A stretch of DNA of 64,000 nt from Halorutilales archaeon Cl-col2-1. GTDB taxonomy: Archaea > Halobacteriota > Halobacteria > Halobacteriales > Afararchaeaceae. A program made the translations under genes and the position numbers. The stretch spans positions 1,856,001 through 1,920,000 of the forward strand of contig CP169074.1 of NCBI GenBank assembly GCA_041891055.1, read 5' to 3'. Every line of letters begins with the position of its first letter. Within the stretch, counting starts at the first letter, position 1. The notes beneath the pieces are model-generated. The model was not told where the DNA came from. It did no database searches and saw only the letters and a program-made list of their open reading frames with translations. Positions 49,216 through 58,391 of this stretch are shown here, piece after piece.

Positions 49216-50566
49216 CACGTAGGTCGCTGACGTTCGTCGAGGTCTCTCCCGTGACGACGAGACCGTCTCTCTCGTCGAAGAAGGTGTACGACGAGTTTTC
49301 TTCGAGTGCCACGGCGGCTTTCTCGGGGTCGTCTATGGTCTCGGTGCTACCTACTGCACCAGCCGCACCCCCGACGCCGTCGATACCGTCTGTGTCGACA
49401 GCCGCGATGCCTACTTCGACCTCGCCCTCATCCTCATTCAACTCTCCGACGCCGCTCTCGTACAGACTCAGGAGACACGAAAGCACGAACTCCTGGTTGG
49501 GTCCGCCGTCTCCGTCCCCCGTGACTTCGACTGTTGTCTCTCCGCCCGATATGACTGCACACGGCGGCTCGGCGGGATTACCCGTTCTTACGCACTCGCG
49601 GAGTACCGAGGCGTGGAACTCGCCGACGTCTCTCGACTCGCCCTCTGTGAGGGAAGAGAGGACAACGGTCTCGTAGCCGTGATTCTCGACATACTCCCTT
49701 GCGGCGTCGACCGCGTCGAAGGTGTTTGCGACGACGACGTTGTCTACTTTCTCGAAACAGATGTCGCCGTAGCTCGGTGTTTCGTCCCATTCTCCCTCGA
49801 CACCTTGGGTGAGACGTCGCACTACGGCGTCGGGACACTCGTCGTAAATCCCGTACTCTCTCAACGTCTTGACCGCGTCGGAGTAGGTCGACGCATCGGG
49901 AGACGTTGGACCGCTCGCTATGACGCTCGTGTCGTCACCCACGACATCCGAGACTATCACAGAGACGGTACGTGCGAGATCGAGTTCGCGCGCGAGCCTC
50001 CCTCCCTTTATCTCCGAGAGATGTTTGCGTACCGAGTTGATCTCGTCTATCGACGCGCCGCTTTCAAGGAGTAGACGGTTCGTCCTCCTCAGGTCTTTAA
50101 GCTGTATCCCGTCAGCGGGTGCGGTCATGAGGGAGCTACCCCCTCCGGTGACCACGAAGACAACGAGGTCGTCCTCGTCGGCTTCTCTTGCCGTCTCAAC
50201 GACCTTCGTCGCTCCCTCGACGCTCGTCTCGTCGGGGACGGGATGTGACCCCTCCACTGTTTCGACCCCTTCTATCCCCACGGGATCGGAGTCAACGACA
50301 ACCCCTCCGTCTACGCCTCCGAGACGCTCGACTATCTCACGCGCGAGTACGCTCGACCCCTTTCCGCCGCCTACCACGAGAACTCTCTCGAAGCGCGAGA
50401 CCTCGAGGCTGAGATCTGATCCTTCGATACACATACTGTCACCGTCGAACTCCATCTTTTTTTCCACGACTTCCTTGGGACTTACGGCTTCTATCCCTGT
50501 CTCTACGGCTTCGACACAGACTTGTCCTGCGAACACCGTCTCGTACTCGCGCTCGAACTCCACCAT
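49196..50566 (-). CDS. gck: Glycerate 2-kinase (MOFRL family)
   Basis: GGGKG, HPVPD, TGGGSSL, INSVRKHLSEIKGG, IASGPT, GGETTV, GGPNQE, TDGIDG, TNVSD; ATG at 50566. Confidence 0.9.
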   Translation of the reverse strand: MVEFEREYETVFAGQVCVEAVETGIEAVSPKEVVEKKMEFDGDSMCIEGSDLSLEVSRFERVLVVGGGKGSSVLAREIVERLGGVDGGVVVDSDPVGIEGVETVEGSHPVPDETSVEGATKVVETAREADEDDLVVFVVTGGGSSLMTAPADGIQLKDLRRTNRLLLESGASIDEINSVRKHLSEIKGGRLARELDLARTVSVIVSDVVGDDTSVIASGPTSPDASTYSDAVKTLREYGIYDECPDAVVRRLTQGVEGEWDETPSYGDICFEKVDNVVVANTFDAVDAAREYVENHGYETVVLSSLTEGESRDVGEFHASVLRECVRTGNPAEPPCAVISGGETTVEVTGDGDGGPNQEFVLSCLLSLYESGVGELNEDEGEVEVGIAAVDTDGIDGVGGAAGAVGSTETIDDPEKAAVALEENSSYTFFDERDGLVVTGETSTNVSDLRVMVIRP

Positions 50567-50620
50567 GTTCTCACGGATGCCCCCGACAGAAAAAAGTCGT
50601 TCGAGATCCGATCTTAGGTG

Positions 50621-52237
50621 ATGAGAAGACTCGGTATAGCCATAGCCGTCATACTCGCCGTCTTCGTCCTCTCGACGGGAGCCGTCGACGCCGAGACAGC
50701 CTACGAGGTGGACGTCGATGGACCGACCGCAGAGGTTACGGCGTCGTTCGACCTCTACTCCGATGACCCCGTAAACTACTGGACGACATCCTTCGGAGTA
50801 CCCGAGGGATCGCGGGTCGTTTCTGTCGAGGACACTCACGGCGATATAACCGACTACAGCCTCGAAGTCTCTACTCTCCGGGTTGAGACAAATAAGGCGG
50901 AGCGGCGGAGTAAGGAGACAGTCGAGGTCGAGTTTACGACCTCAGATGTCGTCAGAAGCCGTTACAACGGTGTCAGAGTCGTGAGTCTGAGTCTCTCGGG
51001 ATACGAGGATCTCAGAGAAGACGTCCCTGACGAGGTCACGACCGTAGCCGTGAGATCCGACGAGAGGATACTCGCTGAGTCCCACTCGCTCGGCTTCAAG
51101 TCGAAAACCGAGCCTAGAAGAGCCGTCTACGAGGGGGAAGGACCCGTTAACATCTACATGACAGTCGGGGACGGCGGCGAGGAGTACGACCACTACCGAC
51201 TCTTCGGAGACGGAAATCTGACACGTGCCGACGAACTCTACTCCCTAGTGCCCTCTGTCACGGGATTCGAGGCGGAGACCGGGGGAGGTAGACATCCCGT
51301 CGTGAGCCTCCCTGACGACGTCTACGACGAGAAGGTCAACAGATGGAGCCAGGGTCAGTACAGAACCGGCGGTCTCATACTCGTGCGCGAGTCGGTCGCC
51401 TCCGAGGACGGAGCACCCGTAGTCCTCCACGAGGTCACCCACGCCTACAACGAGGAGGCGCTGAGATGGTCACGTCCGACTGTCTCTTGGTTCGACGAGG
51501 GAACCGCACAGTATGTCGAGTTCGTCGCCACTAACCGTATCGGAGCGAGACAGCCCGAGATATTCGGTGAGACAGTCGAATGGGAGGATGACTGCGAAGA
51601 CGGCGACGGCGACGCGAGATGTGTATATAAACTCCGACCCCGGAAACAGCCCGACGATCTCTGGGAGTACTACTCCTCGGGCTCCGACTTCATGGTCGAC
51701 TGGTCGCCCGATAATCCTCGTAACAGAGCCTTCGGCTACGCTTTCTCCGAACTCGCTGTGAGGAACTACGTCAGACAGAACGGCGAAGGGAGTCTTAGCG
51801 GTGTCTATGACTCTCTTCTGAGTACACGAGACAGGGTCACAGACCCCCGAAAGTCGAGTCGGGTGGTACTCGATGCGATGGATATGGGTACGGATACGGA
51901 TCTACGTCCGTGTTACTCCGAGTCGTACGATGACTTCGAGGCGTGTCTCGACGAAGTCAACGAGATGGGAGACATCGACGAAGGTAACCGAACTGATGAG
52001 ACGGTCGACATGGGTGGTGAGGGAGGGACTCCCGAGATACAGGTCGAGAATGCTACTCCAACTGACCGGGATGCTTCCTCGGAAACTCAGACCGGGGACA
52101 CGGAGGCCGATCAACAGACCTCGGCTGACGGCAGCATCGAAAACGGGACACCTGATTCCCCTGAGACGTCTTCGAGGGGATTCGTCAGACGTCTCTTTGA
52201 CCGGCTACTCTCGGGCATAAGAAGTCTTTTCAGATAA
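50621..52237 (+). CDS. Secreted gluzincin-type zinc metallopeptidase
   Basis: Signal peptide; HEVTH-X18-E (WFDEG); acidic linker and C-terminal amphipathic helix. Confidence 0.72.
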   Translation: MRRLGIAIAVILAVFVLSTGAVDAETAYEVDVDGPTAEVTASFDLYSDDPVNYWTTSFGVPEGSRVVSVEDTHGDITDYSLEVSTLRVETNKAERRSKETVEVEFTTSDVVRSRYNGVRVVSLSLSGYEDLREDVPDEVTTVAVRSDERILAESHSLGFKSKTEPRRAVYEGEGPVNIYMTVGDGGEEYDHYRLFGDGNLTRADELYSLVPSVTGFEAETGGGRHPVVSLPDDVYDEKVNRWSQGQYRTGGLILVRESVASEDGAPVVLHEVTHAYNEEALRWSRPTVSWFDEGTAQYVEFVATNRIGARQPEIFGETVEWEDDCEDGDGDARCVYKLRPRKQPDDLWEYYSSGSDFMVDWSPDNPRNRAFGYAFSELAVRNYVRQNGEGSLSGVYDSLLSTRDRVTDPRKSSRVVLDAMDMGTDTDLRPCYSESYDDFEACLDEVNEMGDIDEGNRTDETVDMGGEGGTPEIQVENATPTDRDASSETQTGDTEADQQTSADGSIENGTPDSPETSSRGFVRRLFDRLLSGIRSLFR

Positions 52238-52760
52238 TCTCGACCGAGGTCTCCTCGAATGTCTCAGGATCCCTCACTGTGATCCTTCCGTCCGTATGTA
52301 TCTTTTCGTCTATCTCTTTCAGAAGTCTCAGATCCTTTCTGAGACCGTGTCTTACAGCCTCCTTTCTTCCCGACTCCCAGTCGAGAGGAAGAGACCTCAT
52401 GTCGGGGCGCTCCTCACCGAGGCTGTTCTTAGTGACGTTGTTGAACGAGACTCGTTTTCCATCCTCGAGACGGTCGTTGACAGCGTCGAGTATGCCGACG
52501 AACTCTATTTCCTCGACACCGTCGTAGGCTTCGAGTGCATCTACCACGAAGCCACTCACACCGACCACCCTCTCTGACTCCTTGAGTATACCGAGGAGGT
52601 CGTCGAGATTCTTCTCCTCGAAGAAGTAAAAGTTGCTGTCCCTCATCACACCCACACACGCGACACCTAGTCTTTCCGGGTCGAGGCTCGCCGACGTATT
52701 CGTATTAGCGGTTCTACGTGTAACGACCGAGACGTAGGCTGTCCCGGAGTAACTCTCCAT
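52230..52760 (-). CDS. RNase H-like (DEDD/YprB-type) fold protein, apparently inactive
   Basis: Residue pattern matches standalone RNase_H_2-type proteins by eye, but most acidic catalytic residues are replaced. Confidence 0.55.
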   Translation of the reverse strand: MESYSGTAYVSVVTRRTANTNTSASLDPERLGVACVGVMRDSNFYFFEEKNLDDLLGILKESERVVGVSGFVVDALEAYDGVEEIEFVGILDAVNDRLEDGKRVSFNNVTKNSLGEERPDMRSLPLDWESGRKEAVRHGLRKDLRLLKEIDEKIHTDGRITVRDPETFEETSVEII

Positions 52761-52761
52761 C

Positions 52762-53421
52762 TTACTCGAACCCCACCCAGTCTGTCGGGCTCGAACTCAG
52801 ACCCTTCGCACGTACCTCCTTCCCCTCGTCGCCTTGTCTGAGCTCTACCATGCCGTCGAATAGTGGCTTGAGGGTCGAGTAAGCCTGCTGCTCGTGCATC
52901 TCGGGATCGATTATGAAGAGACCGAGTCCGTCGACGCTGTCTACACGTCCCGTGAATACGTGGAGGAACTTGAAGACCGTCTGGAGATCGGAGTACATCA
53001 GGAGGGTTGAAACCGAGTTGAGGTATATGACGTTCCTCTCCACTCCCTTCTCATTCCAGAACTCGTCGAGGAACTGTGAGACGTTTATTCCTATTCCTGT
53101 GAGGTCGCTCGGTGAGTTTGCCATACGAACGTTGTCGAGATCTATCTCTTCACGACCCTGATCCTTCGAGACGCAGTCGACGACTCCGAACGAGTTTGGG
53201 TCGTACCCCGTGACACCGTCGTACCTGTCGGCTATCTTGTCGCCTGATTCCTCCGTAGCGACGTATATGACGCCTTCGTCCTCGCCCACTGCGTAGGAGA
53301 CCACCGACTCCTCGAACTGCTTGACCCCCTCCATGGGAGGAGCCATCACGAGTATATTACTCCCCGGATCTATCTCCCCTACAGCCTGATCTAGATTGTC
53401 GACTCCGAGTTTGTACGTCAC
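52762..53421 (-). CDS. KaiC/RecA-superfamily ATPase-like protein with a degenerate P-loop
   Basis: LGVDNLD...PGSNILV, SPSDLTGIGI, NSVSTLLMY, FKFLHVFTGRV, LFDGMVEL; Walker A reads APPMEGVK. Confidence 0.8.
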   Translation of the reverse strand: MTYKLGVDNLDQAVGEIDPGSNILVMAPPMEGVKQFEESVVSYAVGEDEGVIYVATEESGDKIADRYDGVTGYDPNSFGVVDCVSKDQGREEIDLDNVRMANSPSDLTGIGINVSQFLDEFWNEKGVERNVIYLNSVSTLLMYSDLQTVFKFLHVFTGRVDSVDGLGLFIIDPEMHEQQAYSTLKPLFDGMVELRQGDEGKEVRAKGLSSSPTDWVGFE

Positions 53422-53556
53422 AGTTTAACTACCTCATCTTTCTCCTTTCAGGTGTCTCCCTTCTGCTATGTTTATCTCTGTTATGATCACATAAGTCTTT
53501 ATCTACATTATCCGGGATTCAAAACCCTTAATACCGTAACAGACCTCGGTTGGAGT

Positions 53557-54036
53557 ATGGCAGAGACGATTGATGTTCTAGTCGAAGGCGGCGACGCCTC
53601 TCCGGGTCCACCTCTAGGACCCGCTCTCGGACCTACGGGAGTCAACGTACAGGAGGTCGTACAGGCGATAAACGACGAGACCGCCGACTTCGAGGGAACC
53701 GAGGTTCCGGTCACTATAACAGTCGAGGATTCCGACTTCGAGATAGAGGTTGGACTCCCCCCCACCGCAGCTATGATAAAGGACGAGGTCGGCATAGAGA
53801 CGGGTAGCGGAGAGCCCAACGAGGATTTTGTCGCCGACATGTCCGTCGAACAGGCGGCTAAGGTCGGACGTATGAAGTCTAAGGATCTCCTGTCGTACGA
53901 CACGAAGAACGCCACGAAGGAGGTCATAGGTACATGTGTCTCTCTCGGAATCACCATAGAGGGCGAAGACCCCCGTGTGATGAAGGATAAGATAGACTCG
54001 GGCGAGTACGACGAAGTCTTCGAGGACGAAGAGTAG
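53557..54036 (+). CDS. rpl11: 50S ribosomal protein L11
   Basis: GGDASPGPPLGPALGP, VPVTITV, PPTAAMIK, GTCVSLG; ATG at 53557. Confidence 0.97.
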   Translation: MAETIDVLVEGGDASPGPPLGPALGPTGVNVQEVVQAINDETADFEGTEVPVTITVEDSDFEIEVGLPPTAAMIKDEVGIETGSGEPNEDFVADMSVEQAAKVGRMKSKDLLSYDTKNATKEVIGTCVSLGITIEGEDPRVMKDKIDSGEYDEVFEDEE

Positions 54037-54117
54037 ATCCAGACTTTTTCCTCTTCCGACTCTCTTTATAAATCTTTCCGCAGGTTAAAGTAGTTAGCCG
54101 CCGAATATTCAGGCGGA

Positions 54118-55959
54118 ATGAAAGTTATTCCGGACACGAGCGTGATCGTCGACGGGCGAATCACGCAGATGATCGAGGAAGGCGAGTTCGAGGGGAACGA
54201 GGTAATAGTCCCTGAGGCCGTCGTAGCAGAACTTGAGTCACAGGCTAACAAGGGTCGTGAGACAGGTCACAGCGGCTTAGAGGAGCTCAAGAATCTCAAG
54301 GAGCTGAGTCAGGAGGGACGTGTAGTCATGAGATACGAGGGGAGACGTCCCTCGTTCGAGGAGATAAAGCTAGCAAAGGGCGGTGAGATAGACTCTCTCA
54401 TAAGGGATCTCGCGGTCGAACACGACGCGACTTTCGTTACTTCTGACTACGTCCAGAGCGAGGTAGCGCGTGCTAAGGGTCTCGAAGTCATATACTTAGA
54501 GCCCGAGCACGAGGAGATAGGCGACTTAGAGATAGAGAAGTACTTCAACGACGAGACGATGTCGATCCATCTCAAGGAAGGCGTACCCCCGATGGCAAAG
54601 AGGGGCAAAGTCGGAGAGATGAGGTTCAGGAAGATACGTGACACCCCTCTCTCGCGTTACCAGGTCAGAGAGATGGGACAGGAGATTATCGAGGCGGCTG
54701 AGAGGAGCGACAACGGCTTCACTGAGGTCGAACGTGACGGCATGACTATCGTACAGGTACGTGACATGCGTATCGCGATAGCACGTCCGCCGTTCTCCGA
54801 CGGACACGAGATAACCGCGGTGAGACCCATAGCCGACGTCGACCTCGAGGAGTACCGTCTCAGCGAGGATCTCAAGGAACGTCTCATAGAGAAACAGAGA
54901 GGAATCATGATCGCGGGTTCGCCCGGCGCGGGAAAGACGACCTTCGCCCAGGCGGTCGCCGAGTTCCTGATGGATCACGAGTACTCGGTCAAGACTATGG
55001 AAGCCCCGCGTGATCTCCAGGTTAGCGACGAGATTACCCAGTACACACATCTCGAAGACAGCATGGAGAAGACTGCCGACGCTCTCCTGATGGTACGTCC
55101 CGATTACACCATCTACGACGAGGTCAGGAAGGACTCCGACTTCGAGGTCTTCTCCGACATGCGTCTCGCGGGAGTCGGTATGGTAGGAGTCGTCCACGCA
55201 ACACGTGCGATAGACTCGGTACAGCGTCTCATAGGACGCGTAGAGCTCGGAATGATCCCACAGGTTGTCGACACCATCGTACATATCTCCGATGGGGGAA
55301 TAGAGAAAGTCTATGAGCTACAGTCGGGAGTTAAGCTCCCCGCCGGCATGACCGAGGAAGACCTCGCACGTCCCGTCATAGAGGTCACCGACTTCGAGAC
55401 GGGTGACCCCGAGTACGAGATATACACCTACAACAGACAGGTCGTCGTGATGCCCGTCGGAGAGAACGCTGAGACAGAACCCGAGAAGGGGTCGTGGAAG
55501 CTCGCAGAGAAGGAGATACAGAGGGAGATCGGAGAGGTCGCGCGTGGATATGTAGACGTCGAGATGAAGGGTGACGACAACGCCGTCGTCTACGTCGACG
55601 AGGACGACATACCCTTCGTGATAGGAAAGCAGGGTGAGACAATCTCCGAGATAGAGGAGAGCCTCGGTATAGGAATCGACGTCAAGTCACACGACGAGAG
55701 ACCTGAGTCGGAGACTGCTAAGAAGCCACAGAAGGTAGAGGGCAATGCCGCCGACGTCGAGATGACTTCGAGGCACGTCATACTCAACCTCGAAGGAATG
55801 GAGAGTGAGACTGTCGAGGTCTCGGCGGGAGACGAGTACCTCTTCACTGCGACTGTCGGAAGACAGGGCGACATAAAGGTCTCACGCGGAAGCGAGATTG
55901 CCGAGAGACTAGAGGACGCAGTCGACAGGGGCGAACGTATAGTCGTCAATCCTGTCTAA
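54118..55959 (+). CDS. pina: PIN-domain ATPase with KH domain (PINA)
   Basis: PIN IPDTSV, GSPGAGKTT, YDEVR, GVVHA, KH motif VIGKQG. Confidence 0.92.
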   Translation: MKVIPDTSVIVDGRITQMIEEGEFEGNEVIVPEAVVAELESQANKGRETGHSGLEELKNLKELSQEGRVVMRYEGRRPSFEEIKLAKGGEIDSLIRDLAVEHDATFVTSDYVQSEVARAKGLEVIYLEPEHEEIGDLEIEKYFNDETMSIHLKEGVPPMAKRGKVGEMRFRKIRDTPLSRYQVREMGQEIIEAAERSDNGFTEVERDGMTIVQVRDMRIAIARPPFSDGHEITAVRPIADVDLEEYRLSEDLKERLIEKQRGIMIAGSPGAGKTTFAQAVAEFLMDHEYSVKTMEAPRDLQVSDEITQYTHLEDSMEKTADALLMVRPDYTIYDEVRKDSDFEVFSDMRLAGVGMVGVVHATRAIDSVQRLIGRVELGMIPQVVDTIVHISDGGIEKVYELQSGVKLPAGMTEEDLARPVIEVTDFETGDPEYEIYTYNRQVVVMPVGENAETEPEKGSWKLAEKEIQREIGEVARGYVDVEMKGDDNAVVYVDEDDIPFVIGKQGETISEIEESLGIGIDVKSHDERPESETAKKPQKVEGNAADVEMTSRHVILNLEGMESETVEVSAGDEYLFTATVGRQGDIKVSRGSEIAERLEDAVDRGERIVVNPV

Positions 55960-55992
55960 AGTAAGCTGAGTAAGAAAGCAGATTAGATCAGC

Positions 55993-57009
55993 TCAGAGTT
56001 CGCGTTCGACTTCTTTTGCGGTCTCGACGAAGGCACGTACGTTCTCGACGGGTGTGTCTCTGTTGACCCCGTGACCCAGGTTGAGTATATGTCCCGTGTC
56101 GCCCGCCTTCTCGATAACGTCACGCGTCTTCCGTCTCACGAACTCCTCGTCACCGAAGAGGTATGATGGGTCGAGGTTGCCCTGTACGGGAGTCTCGCCT
56201 AACTCCTCGCGCGCCTCTCCGATATCGACAGTCCAGTCGAGGCTCACGACGTCCGCGCCGCTCTCCTTCAGTAGGTCGAGACGTCCTGCCGAGTTGCGCA
56301 CGAAGACAACAGTCGGAACGTCTGCGGCGTCGATCGCCTTCCTCTGGTAGGGGAGCACGAACTCCTCGTAGTCGTCGGGCGACATTATTCCAGCCCACGT
56401 GTCGAATACCTGGACTACGTCGGCGCCGTTCTCAACCTGGAACTCCAGGTAATCGGCGACGACCTCGGCGAAGCCATCGAGTAATGTCTTGAGGGCGTCG
56501 GGATGGTTCGCACGGAACTTACGCAGATCCATGAAGCTCTTCGACTTCTCTGAGGAGCCGACGACGTATGACGCGAGTGTGAAAGGCGCGCCCGAGAATC
56601 CTATTATGCTCGTCTCGTCGCCGACGCTTCGGTTGAGACGTCTCAGAAGCTTACCGACGTAATCTATCTCTTTTTCGACGTCTCCTACCTCTCTCTCAGC
56701 GTCGTCGGGCGACTCGACGGGGTTGTCGACGACAGGTCCCACGCCGCTCTTTATCTCGTACTCGAAGCCGAGGGGTTCCAAGACGGTCAGAATGTCGGAG
56801 AACATCACGAGACCGTCGGGCTCGAAGAGATTCCAGGGAAGGAGCGTAATCCTCTCGGCGACCTCGGGGTCTTTTATAGCCTCCTTGAAGCTGTACTCCT
56901 GCCTTATCTCCCTGTATTCGGGTATGTAACGTCCCGCCTGTCTCATCAGCCAGACCGGTGGACGTTCGGTTCTCTCCCCCTTCGCCGCGCGGACAAGTAG
57001 ATCGCTCAT
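55993..57009 (-). CDS. hemE: Uroporphyrinogen decarboxylase
   Basis: PPVWLMRQAGRY, FSDIL, GAPFTLASY, QVFDTW, QGNLDP, NLGHG. Confidence 0.96.
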   Translation of the reverse strand: MSDLLVRAAKGERTERPPVWLMRQAGRYIPEYREIRQEYSFKEAIKDPEVAERITLLPWNLFEPDGLVMFSDILTVLEPLGFEYEIKSGVGPVVDNPVESPDDAEREVGDVEKEIDYVGKLLRRLNRSVGDETSIIGFSGAPFTLASYVVGSSEKSKSFMDLRKFRANHPDALKTLLDGFAEVVADYLEFQVENGADVVQVFDTWAGIMSPDDYEEFVLPYQRKAIDAADVPTVVFVRNSAGRLDLLKESGADVVSLDWTVDIGEAREELGETPVQGNLDPSYLFGDEEFVRRKTRDVIEKAGDTGHILNLGHGVNRDTPVENVRAFVETAKEVEREL

Positions 57010-57033
57010 TGTTCTGTCTCGGGCTCCGAGTCC

Positions 57034-58089
57034 CTAAGTCTTTTCCGGTGGAGATGGGGACAGAGATGAAGATGTGGATGACACTACGACGCGGTCTCCG
57101 TCGTCTTCGATGTCTATCCCTGCGTCGGTAATCTGTTCACAGACCCACGCGTTCGTCATGAGATGTGACGTCTTCTCGGGAGCCGTGTATCTACCGCCTC
57201 CGAGGGCGAGATACGGAATCATCTGGTCGCCCGAGTAGATGTCGACCGCGGCGTCCGAGTTCGCCGACCTGAGTAAGTCTTCCGCCGCTTCCTCGCCGAC
57301 TTCCTCGGCGGGCTTACCTATCTCTCCGAGTGCGCTACCTCCTATTACGGTCTCGTCGAACTCAGCCCAGACTGTAATTCCGGTACCCGTTGAGACCGAA
57401 TCGTAGCTACGTGTCTCTGTATCTACCTCGATGTCCCCGAGTTCTTCCCGTAGTCTCCTCTCGGCGGCTTTCGCCTGTCTCTCGGCAATCTCGTCGTCGA
57501 GGTTCGAGACGTGGGAGACAGCCTTGACACGTCTCAGACTTCCTTTCTCAACAATCCTGACCCCGTCCGGACTTGACGGTCTCAGTCGGAGAGTTACCTC
57601 ACCGCCGCCCTCGGGGTAGTACCCCCTCCTTCCGAGACGGATCTCGGCGTCTATCCCGGTTCTTCGGAGGAGAGGCAGACTGACGTTTTCGAGGTAGTCG
57701 TAGGTCGGACTCCATCTGACGTCAGTACCTCCCCTTACGCTCAGACGTATCTCGGACCCGGCTCTCACCGCGAGGGGTAGAACTGCTTGGATCACGAGGC
57801 TTACGCTCCCCGCAGTCCCGACGTCGACCTCGTACCTCCCGCCCTGAATCCCGTTGGGATCGAAGACGAGTCTCTCCGACCCCTCGGAGACGCCCTCGAC
57901 TGACGCGTCGGATATCTCAGCGACTGCCTTGACTGCAGCGATATGCTGGTTACTGAGACCCGAAGGATCACGTCCTCTCCGCATATTCCTTAGCTCTATC
58001 TCAGTTCCTGTGACAGCCGCGAGAGCCACAGCCGTCCTTATTATCTGCCCGCCTCCCTCTCCGTGGGACGCGTCTATGACCTTTCTCAT
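57034..58089 (-). CDS. rtcA: RNA 3'-terminal phosphate cyclase
   Basis: GEGGGQIIRT, GTAGSVSL, GGTDV, RRGYYPEGGG, DQMIPY, HLMTN. Confidence 0.95.
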   Translation of the reverse strand: MRKVIDASHGEGGGQIIRTAVALAAVTGTEIELRNMRRGRDPSGLSNQHIAAVKAVAEISDASVEGVSEGSERLVFDPNGIQGGRYEVDVGTAGSVSLVIQAVLPLAVRAGSEIRLSVRGGTDVRWSPTYDYLENVSLPLLRRTGIDAEIRLGRRGYYPEGGGEVTLRLRPSSPDGVRIVEKGSLRRVKAVSHVSNLDDEIAERQAKAAERRLREELGDIEVDTETRSYDSVSTGTGITVWAEFDETVIGGSALGEIGKPAEEVGEEAAEDLLRSANSDAAVDIYSGDQMIPYLALGGGRYTAPEKTSHLMTNAWVCEQITDAGIDIEDDGDRVVVSSTSSSLSPSPPEKT

Positions 58090-58160
58090 CAGTCTTACTT
58101 ACCGCAATCATGGACTTAAATCCGGTAGTCTTTTTAAATGCGGACACAAAGTTGGAATGA

Positions 58161-58233
58161 GTTCCGATAGGGTAGTGGACTATCCTCCGGGCTTGCGGAG
58201 CCCGGGACCGGGGTTCAAATCCCCGTCGGGACG
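58161..58233 (+). tRNA. tRNA-Arg (anticodon GCG)
   Basis: Acceptor GTTCCGA/TCGGGAC, anticodon arm CGGGC-TTGCGGA-GCCCG, T arm CGGGG-TTCAAAT-CCCCG; TTTTAAA promoter element upstream; CCA not encoded. Confidence 0.95.
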
Positions 58234-58332
58234 TGTATTTCCCACTCTTTATTTTTGTCCAGAGGGATTTGAACAGGGAAGCCACTGACCGAGTTCAAAT
58301 CCCCGTCGGGACGTGTATTTCCCACTCTTTAT
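58213..58332. repeat. 40-bp direct repeat of the tRNA-Arg 3' end and trailer, with an intervening inverted T-loop copy
   Basis: 58213-58252 equals 58293-58332; GGGATTTGAAC at 58264-58274 is the reverse complement of GTTCAAATCCC. Confidence 0.9.
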
Positions 58333-58391
58333 CCTTATCACGAGAAGCACACGACTTATACGAGTTCAACCGAAAACGACTGTGTAACTCT

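Noticed and set aside
54118-55959. PIN domain as a VapC toxin
   Set aside because: It is fused to ATPase and KH domains, the conserved housekeeping PINA architecture, and there is no antitoxin gene
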